DNA of 64,000 bases from an uncultured Spirochaetaceae bacterium (GTDB lineage: Bacteria; Spirochaetota; Spirochaetia; Treponematales; Treponemataceae), in contig CADCCO010000002.1 of assembly GCA_902799965.1 (NCBI GenBank), positions 1,285 through 65,284 of the forward strand, given 5' to 3'. A program made the translations under genes and the position numbers. Under the pieces are notes generated by a model that saw only the letters and a list, made by a program, of their open reading frames with translations, ran no database searches and had not been told where the DNA came from. Every line of letters begins with the position of its first letter. Within the stretch, counting starts at the first letter, position 1. Positions 58,058 through 64,000 of this stretch are shown one piece after another.

Positions 58058-58160
58058 ATTATACTCCACTTTGGTACATAACACAAGGGATATGTACTGT
58101 TTTTTACAATTTTGGTACATATAAAAAAAACGTGTACAATTTTTAGGATATTTGGTACAT
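58058..58160 (-). promoter_or_regulatory. fic promoter overlapped by a periodic GTAC operator array
   Basis: TTGTGT-17-TATAAT 6 nt before the ATG; TTGGTACAT three times at about 40-bp spacing; GTAC at 58074, 58094, 58115, 58134 and 58155. Confidence 0.65.
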
Positions 58161-58223
58161 GTAGTTTTGAAGCCGCAATTTGTGACTTCAAGATTCTAAA
58201 ACAAGCTCGGAATGACATTGTAT

Positions 58224-60650
58224 TTACGCCGCCCTGTAAATCTCTGCTTCCAGTTCGCGAATTGCCTGGAGATACTGTGCTTTTCCGCCGAACAATTTTA
58301 CGATTTCTGCCGGGGTTCCAATTTCATTGATTGGGTCCACGGTGAGGACTTTCATATCTTCTATTTCTTCGATTCCGGTTTGGGCGTATTTCTCTAAAAG
58401 CGCATCTAAAACCGCGCGGGCTTTTTCGCCGTATTTGGTCCAGTAGTTTCGCTTGCGGACATTTTCGGCGCGCTCTTTTCTTGTAAGGGCTGGAGCATCC
58501 CAGGCGATATGACAGATTAAGTCAAAAATATCTAAATCAGATTTTATTTCTTCTTTCAGTTCTTCAAAAACAATTCCCTGATTTTCAAGCTCTTCTATAA
58601 TGGCGCGCTTCTTTTCCGCGTCGTTCCAGGTCTGCAAGAAATTGTCGAGTGAGCGGTAAGAAGTGAGGATTCCTGTTTTGCAATATTCTTTGAGGCTTGT
58701 GGTTATTAGTTTTCCGCTTGCGTCCAGAAATTCCTTGCGTTCGCTAAGGATGTGAACATCAACGCCTGCGATTCGGACTTTCTCCCGCCTTTCGAATTTT
58801 TGCGGCTTAGGTTCCGCAACGGAAATATTTCCAAATTCGTCATTGATGCGGTATTCTGGGAAAACAATCTCTTCGCCTGTAACAGGATCAATCTGACTTT
58901 CCTCCTCGCCTTTGTCTATAGTTTGTTCAGAAATCTCTTCGTCTTGCGACGCTTCTTTTATGCGGACTGGCGCTCCGTCAAAGTCCTTGTCTGCGAATTT
59001 GTCGGTGACATTGCGAAAGTCGATGATGGTAAAATAGAGTTTCCCAAAATCTTCCTCAACTCTTGTTCCACGGCCGATTATCTGTTTGAATTCTGTCATG
59101 CTGCCGATGTTGGAATCCAGGCAAATCAGTTTGCATGTCTTTGCATCCGTTCCTGTGGTCATCAGTTTTGAAGTTGTGGCAATAACTGGATAGTTTTCTT
59201 CTGGATTGATGAAATCTTCAAGGTAGCTTTTAGCGTCTTTGTCATCGCCTGTGATTCGCACGATGTATTTGTCTGTCTTTGCAGTTATTTCGCGCGGCGC
59301 ATATTTTAACAAAGCCCGTCGCATTCGTTCTGCGTGCTCGATGTCAACACAGAATACGATTGTTTTATCGTACGGATTCGTATTCTTGAGATATTCCATA
59401 ATCTTGCGGGCAACCAAATCCGTTCGTTCATCTATGATAATTGTGCGGTCGTAATCTTTCGTGTTGTAAAGCCGGTCTTCGATAAGCTCGCCGTCTATGT
59501 CGGTTTTGTTACGCTCTGGCCTGTACCCTTCCAAATCCACATTCATTCCAACGCGAAGAACTTTGTAGGGAGCCAAAAAGCCGTCATCAATTCCCTGTTT
59601 GAGAGAATATGTGTAAATCGGCTCGCCAAAATATTCGATGTTCGAAAGCGCTTTTGTTTCTTTTGGAGTTGCGGTCATGCCGATTTGGGTTGCATTTGAA
59701 AAATATGTGAGGATTTTATGCCATGCCTTGTCCTCGTCAACTGAACCGCGGTGGCATTCATCAACTATAATCAAGTCGAAAAACTCAGGGCTGAATTTTC
59801 TGAAAGCGTCCGTTTCTTCGTTGTAATTCGTAAGTCCCTGATACAATGCGAGGTAAATTTCATAAGACTTGTCAATTTTCTTGTTTTTTATGATAGTAAG
59901 CTTATCTTTGAAATGCTTGAAGTCGCCTTTCTTTGTCTGAGTGATAAGATTGTTGCGGTCTGCTAAATAAAGGATTCGCTTTTTACAGCCGGATTTCCAG
60001 AGCCGGTAGATGATTTGAAAAGCAGTGAATGTTTTTCCTGTGCCAGTCGCCATTACAAGAAGAATGCGTTTTTGTCCGCGCGCAATTGCTTCTACCGTGC
60101 GGTTGACGGCGATTCTCTGGTAGTAGCGTGGCGGATAGCAATCATTTCCGAAAAAATACTGGGAAAGAGCCGTCTGCTCGCTTTTATCGTCCAATCCGTT
60201 ATAGCGTTTGTAACAAGCCCACAAGTCTTCTTGCGTCGGAAAATCGTTTAAATCCAGCTCTTGCGTGATAATTGCTTGCTGAGTTGAATCTAAGTTCCCG
60301 CAGTTTTTGCGATAATGAATTATAAATCCGTCTCCGTTAGAACTGATTGCGACTGGAATATCAAGAGTTTCTGCATAGCCCAATGCCTGCTGCAAGCCGG
60401 AACCGACGGAATGCGTGTTATCCTTTGCTTCAATTACAGCAACTGGAATGTTCGGCTTGTAATAAATAATAATGTCAGCGCGTTTCTTTTCTCCGCGTTT
60501 TGTCTGCCGGCCTTTCACAAAGATGCGACCAGCTGTAAAAGTAACTTCTTCGCGAATCTGAGTCTGCTTATTCCAGCCAGATTTCTCAATTGCAGGGAGA
60601 ATATATTTTGTGATTATGTCGCGTTCCGACATAGACTTTTTTGCGTCCAT
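58224..60650 (-). CDS. hsdR: Type I restriction subunit, EcoAI/type IB-like
   Basis: RADII...VIEAK, MATGTGKT, DECHRG, MTATP, QIIGRGTR, EcoEI-type C-terminus. Confidence 0.95.
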   Translation of the reverse strand: MDAKKSMSERDIITKYILPAIEKSGWNKQTQIREEVTFTAGRIFVKGRQTKRGEKKRADIIIYYKPNIPVAVIEAKDNTHSVGSGLQQALGYAETLDIPVAISSNGDGFIIHYRKNCGNLDSTQQAIITQELDLNDFPTQEDLWACYKRYNGLDDKSEQTALSQYFFGNDCYPPRYYQRIAVNRTVEAIARGQKRILLVMATGTGKTFTAFQIIYRLWKSGCKKRILYLADRNNLITQTKKGDFKHFKDKLTIIKNKKIDKSYEIYLALYQGLTNYNEETDAFRKFSPEFFDLIIVDECHRGSVDEDKAWHKILTYFSNATQIGMTATPKETKALSNIEYFGEPIYTYSLKQGIDDGFLAPYKVLRVGMNVDLEGYRPERNKTDIDGELIEDRLYNTKDYDRTIIIDERTDLVARKIMEYLKNTNPYDKTIVFCVDIEHAERMRRALLKYAPREITAKTDKYIVRITGDDKDAKSYLEDFINPEENYPVIATTSKLMTTGTDAKTCKLICLDSNIGSMTEFKQIIGRGTRVEEDFGKLYFTIIDFRNVTDKFADKDFDGAPVRIKEASQDEEISEQTIDKGEEESQIDPVTGEEIVFPEYRINDEFGNISVAEPKPQKFERREKVRIAGVDVHILSERKEFLDASGKLITTSLKEYCKTGILTSYRSLDNFLQTWNDAEKKRAIIEELENQGIVFEELKEEIKSDLDIFDLICHIAWDAPALTRKERAENVRKRNYWTKYGEKARAVLDALLEKYAQTGIEEIEDMKVLTVDPINEIGTPAEIVKLFGGKAQYLQAIRELEAEIYRAA

Positions 60651-60657
60651 AGATTCT

Positions 60658-60723
60658 ATTATAGCGCATTTTTCTAGACATTTCTAGAAATATCTAGAAA
60701 AAACAGAGCAAAGGCGCTACAAT
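60658..60723. promoter_or_regulatory. Back-to-back hsdR and neuB promoters built on three 10-bp TCTAGA repeats
   Basis: TTTCTAGACA-TTTCTAGAAA-TATCTAGAAA; TAGAAA-17-TATAAT (minus) and TAGAAA-17-TACAAT (plus). Confidence 0.55.
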
Positions 60724-60729
60724 TCCCTT

Positions 60730-61848
60730 ATGGTAATTGCGGAAATCGGAACATCGCACGAAGGCTCTCTGGAAAAGGCCAAAAAATTGATTGACGCGGC
60801 AAAGGAAGCCGAGGCCGACGCGGTTAAATTCCAGTGGGTCATCGCCGACGAAATACTTCACCCAAAGACAGGCTTTGTCGATTTGCCCACGGGCCGCATT
60901 CCCCTTTACGAGCGCTTTAAGCAGCTGGAATGTCCGCCCGATTTTTACGCGGCCACTTTGGAATACGCGCGCTCGCTGGGCCTAAAATGGATTTGCTCGC
61001 CCTTTGGCCTAAAAAGCCTGGAACTTCTTTTGGAACTAAAGCCCGACGCGGTTAAAATCGCCTCGCCGGAACTGAACCATTTTCCGATGCTGCGCGCCTT
61101 GGCGGACTGGCGAAAATCGAATGAGGCGGGCGACACCGTTCCCGTAATCGTGTCCAGCGGCGTGTCAACAAAAAGCGACATAGAGGCCGCGCTCGCCGTT
61201 TTGGGAACGGACGGCGTGACCCTTCTCCACTGCATAACAAGCTACCCCGCCCCAGAAGAAGAATACAACGTCCGCCTGATTGCCACGCTAAAAAAAGACT
61301 TTGCCGTTGAGACTGGCCTTAGCGACCATTCCCTTGACCCGATACTGGTTCCCTGCCTGGCCGCCGCCCAAGGAGCGACCGCTTTTGAAAAGCACATAAC
61401 GCTCAGCAAAAAGACAAGCGGCCTTGACGACCCCGTCGCCTTGGAGCCCCAGCAATTTTTGCAAATGACCCGCGCCCTGCGCCAATGCCAAGCCGCAATA
61501 AACCGCTACGGCCCGGAGCGCGGCGGCCAAGAAATCATCAAGCAAATGGAAGAGCAATACGGAAGCGGGCGCGTCCAAAAAGTTTTGGGGAACGGAATCA
61601 AGGCGCTGGCCCCGGCGGAAGAAAAAAATTACGGCCGCACCAACCGAAGCCTTCATTACATGAAAGCCTTTGAGGCCGGCCACCTTTTGGCCGCCGGGGA
61701 CATTGGCGTTTTGCGCACCGAAAAAGTTTTGACGCCAGGACTCAGCCCCGCGCTCTACGAAAACGTCATCGGAAAAAAACTTCGCCGCGCAGTCCAGGAC
61801 GGAGCGGGCGTAGCTTGGGAAGATTTTATGGAGGAACAAAGGCCATGA
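60730..61848 (+). CDS. N-acetylneuraminate/nonulosonate synthase family (NeuB/SpsE) with a SAF domain
   Basis: IAEIG..H.G, AVKFQ, KIASPE, LLHCITSYPA, GLSDHS, EKHITL, PGLSP. Confidence 0.92.
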   Translation: MVIAEIGTSHEGSLEKAKKLIDAAKEAEADAVKFQWVIADEILHPKTGFVDLPTGRIPLYERFKQLECPPDFYAATLEYARSLGLKWICSPFGLKSLELLLELKPDAVKIASPELNHFPMLRALADWRKSNEAGDTVPVIVSSGVSTKSDIEAALAVLGTDGVTLLHCITSYPAPEEEYNVRLIATLKKDFAVETGLSDHSLDPILVPCLAAAQGATAFEKHITLSKKTSGLDDPVALEPQQFLQMTRALRQCQAAINRYGPERGGQEIIKQMEEQYGSGRVQKVLGNGIKALAPAEEKNYGRTNRSLHYMKAFEAGHLLAAGDIGVLRTEKVLTPGLSPALYENVIGKKLRRAVQDGAGVAWEDFMEEQRP

Positions 61849-64000
61849 TTCGCGCCCCCGTTTTATTTAATTTTTCAAAAAAGCGCGCGGCTCTCAGCTT
61901 GGCGCTAGTTTTCGCGCTCGCGGCGGCATTGCCGGCACCCCTTTGCGCTACTCCGCAAAGCAAAGTCGCGCGCGTCGGCTACTACGAAAACGAAGTATTC
62001 CAAGAAGGCGCGCAAAAGGGCGCGGTCAAAACCGGCTACGCCTACGAGTATTACCAAAAGCTTTCGGAATACACCGGCTGGAAATACGAATACGTCTACG
62101 GCGAATTTGGCGACTTGTACCAAATGCTTTTGGACGGAAAGATTGACTTTTTGGCCGGTCTTGCATGGCGCGCCGACCGCGCCGGCATCATCGGCTATCC
62201 CGACGCTCCTATGGGAAGCGAAAACTACAATTTAATCAAGCGCGCCTCGCTGGACCAAATCACCTCCGACCCCGCCACTCTTAACGGAAAAAAAATCGGG
62301 GTCTTGGACAGCGCGATGGCCGGCGCCTTGGACGACTTTTTAAAGGCGCGCGCGATAAAGGCAGACGTGGTCCGCTTTAACGACTACGGGCCGCTTTTTG
62401 AGGCCTTTGACAAGGAGCAGGTTGACGTATTGGCGGCGGAAGGCGACGGCGCCTACGGCCGGGCCAACGCGGAACTTCTCTACCCTTACGGCTTTTCGGA
62501 CTACTACCTTTGCGTGGCCAAGGACAAGCCGGAACTTTTGGCGGAGCTCAACGCGGCGCAAGCGGAGCTTTTTAAGAACGAGCCCAATTACATAAATTCG
62601 CTCAAAAGCAAATACTATCCTGTAAGCGTCGCAAGCCGAGCCTTTAGCGCCGCCGAAAAAAAATGGCTTTCGGAAAACACAAGGGCGCGCGTGGGCTACC
62701 TTAAGGATTACCTTCCCTACAGCGGAAGAGGCAAAGACGGAAAGGCCACTGGACTAGTCACAGACGTAATGGCGAGAATGTGGGAAGGCCTTGGATTGCA
62801 GAACATAGAAATTTCGTACGAAGGCTTTGACAGCTACGACCAAATGACGGCCGCGCTCGCTTCAGACAAAATAGACATTGCCTTTCCTGTGGGCGGCGGC
62901 TTGTACTATTCGGAAGAAGGCGGAATCTTCCAGTCAACGCCGCTTGTTTCCGCGGTGACCGAGCTTGTCCACAAGGGTGAATACACAGACAAGACCGTAG
63001 AGCGCTTTGCCGTAAACAAAAGCAACCGAATGCAGTACTACTTTGTAAAGACTTATTATCCAAACGCAAAAATCACTTTTTACAATTCAATAGACGAATG
63101 CCTAAAGGCAGTGAAAAACGGAGAGGCAGGCTGCACTACGCTGAACGGACTTAGGGCCAACGACATTTTGAGAAACCGGCGCTACTCAGGCCTTTCGGTA
63201 ATCCAAACAAACCACAACGACGACCGCTGCTTTGGAGTCCAAATCGGAAACGCGGGCCTTTTGATGCTTTTGAACCGCGGAATAAACATTTTGGGCGCCG
63301 ACTACGCGCAGAACATGGCCTTTAAGTATTCGGACATGCTTTATTCCTACTCGCTCGCAGACATAATAATGAACAATATGCCGTTCTTCGCAAGCGTCGT
63401 TCTTGCAATCTTGGCGCTGATAATCGTTCTGCTATTCCGCGACAGGGAACGAAAGCTTCGCAATTTGGAGGAACGCGCCGCGCTCAACAAAACCTTGGCG
63501 CAAGCCTTGGAAGCGGCGGAACAAGCCAACAAAGCCAAGACCGCCTTCCTTTCCAACATGAGCCACGAAATCCGCACCCCAATGAACGCGATTATCGGAC
63601 TGGACAAGCTCGCGCTGCAAAACCAAAATCTTCCGCAAGAGACGCGGGAACAGCTGGAAAAAATCGGGGAAAGCGCGCGGCACTTGCTTGACTTGATAAA
63701 CGACATCCTTGACATGACTAGGATTGAGTCGGGCCGCCTCACGCTGAAAAACGAAGAATTTTCCTTGAACGCAATGCTGGAGCAGCTGAACACAATCGCC
63801 CGCGCCCAGTGCGACGAAAAGGGCCTTGAATACGAATGCCGCGCGCTTGCCGGCGCTGGCGACCGCTACATCGGCGACGAGCTAAAAATCAAGCAGGCGC
63901 TTTTAAACGTTCTTTCAAACGCGATAAAATTCACCGACGCTCCCGGAAGCGTTTTGTTCACCGTCGAAAAAACCGCCAGCTACGGCGACCATTCCAGCCT
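61845..64000 (+). CDS. Sensor histidine kinase with tandem periplasmic SBP family-3 domains (runs off the window)
   Basis: Not in the ORF track. ATG overlaps the neuB stop; RVGYYE...GYAYEYYQKL...; TM; AKTAFLSNMSHEIRTPMNAIIG; NVLSNAIKFT. Confidence 0.9.
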   Translation, partial: MIRAPVLFNFSKKRAALSLALVFALAAALPAPLCATPQSKVARVGYYENEVFQEGAQKGAVKTGYAYEYYQKLSEYTGWKYEYVYGEFGDLYQMLLDGKIDFLAGLAWRADRAGIIGYPDAPMGSENYNLIKRASLDQITSDPATLNGKKIGVLDSAMAGALDDFLKARAIKADVVRFNDYGPLFEAFDKEQVDVLAAEGDGAYGRANAELLYPYGFSDYYLCVAKDKPELLAELNAAQAELFKNEPNYINSLKSKYYPVSVASRAFSAAEKKWLSENTRARVGYLKDYLPYSGRGKDGKATGLVTDVMARMWEGLGLQNIEISYEGFDSYDQMTAALASDKIDIAFPVGGGLYYSEEGGIFQSTPLVSAVTELVHKGEYTDKTVERFAVNKSNRMQYYFVKTYYPNAKITFYNSIDECLKAVKNGEAGCTTLNGLRANDILRNRRYSGLSVIQTNHNDDRCFGVQIGNAGLLMLLNRGINILGADYAQNMAFKYSDMLYSYSLADIIMNNMPFFASVVLAILALIIVLLFRDRERKLRNLEERAALNKTLAQALEAAEQANKAKTAFLSNMSHEIRTPMNAIIGLDKLALQNQNLPQETREQLEKIGESARHLLDLINDILDMTRIESGRLTLKNEEFSLNAMLEQLNTIARAQCDEKGLEYECRALAGAGDRYIGDELKIKQALLNVLSNAIKFTDAPGSVLFTVEKTASYGDHSS

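Larger units (their letters stand above)
49420..60650 (-). mobile_element. Defence island: type I R-M operon with interleaved fic, SIR2 and rhuM (no integrase seen)
   Basis: Six co-oriented genes, visibly more AT-rich than the flanks, between yebC and neuB. Confidence 0.75.

Noticed and set aside
58071-58160. Mini-CRISPR array
   Set aside because: Repeat cores are only 9 bp and overlap a promoter; an operator array fits better.

Overview
This window looks like chromosomal DNA from a Treponema-like spirochaete, probably a gut or rumen species. That assignment is inferred from gene content and order: smpB/lepB/hemW, mutL-TPR, capD-spsC-XDH-like trio, neuB, and spirochaetal lipoproteins. The backbone is housekeeping: manA, tRNA-Leu, metE, xseAB, mutL, a PP2C/STAS/kinase partner switch, tmRNA, queA-ruvBA, ruvC, yebC, neuB and a partial hybrid kinase. 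Three accessory blocks interrupt it. (i) An AT-rich islet with a DUF6273-like lipoprotein, an XRE regulator and a RelE-type TA pair (about 15.2-17.9 kb). (ii) An OmpA-family protein, an InlB-repeat lipoprotein and a VapC TA pair that split ruvC from ruvA; their leader contains a (GAATTGC)11 tract (42.0-48.0 kb). (iii) An integrase-free defence island, hsdR-fic-hsdS-SIR2(Dsr1-like)-rhuM-hsdM (49.4-60.7 kb). The best leads for undescribed biology are: the sirtuin NADase coupled to hsdS inside a type I R-M operon; a YidC/Oxa1 domain lacking its conserved Arg and fused to an LtaS/sulfatase-like domain next to a GT2; two large structured non-coding elements at 8.8-9.3 kb; a heptamer-repeat uORF that could switch the surface operon; a xanthine-dehydrogenase-like complex without molybdenum-cofactor motifs in a sugar operon; and widespread leaderless promoter architecture. 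All calls come from reading motifs by eye; no database searches were run.
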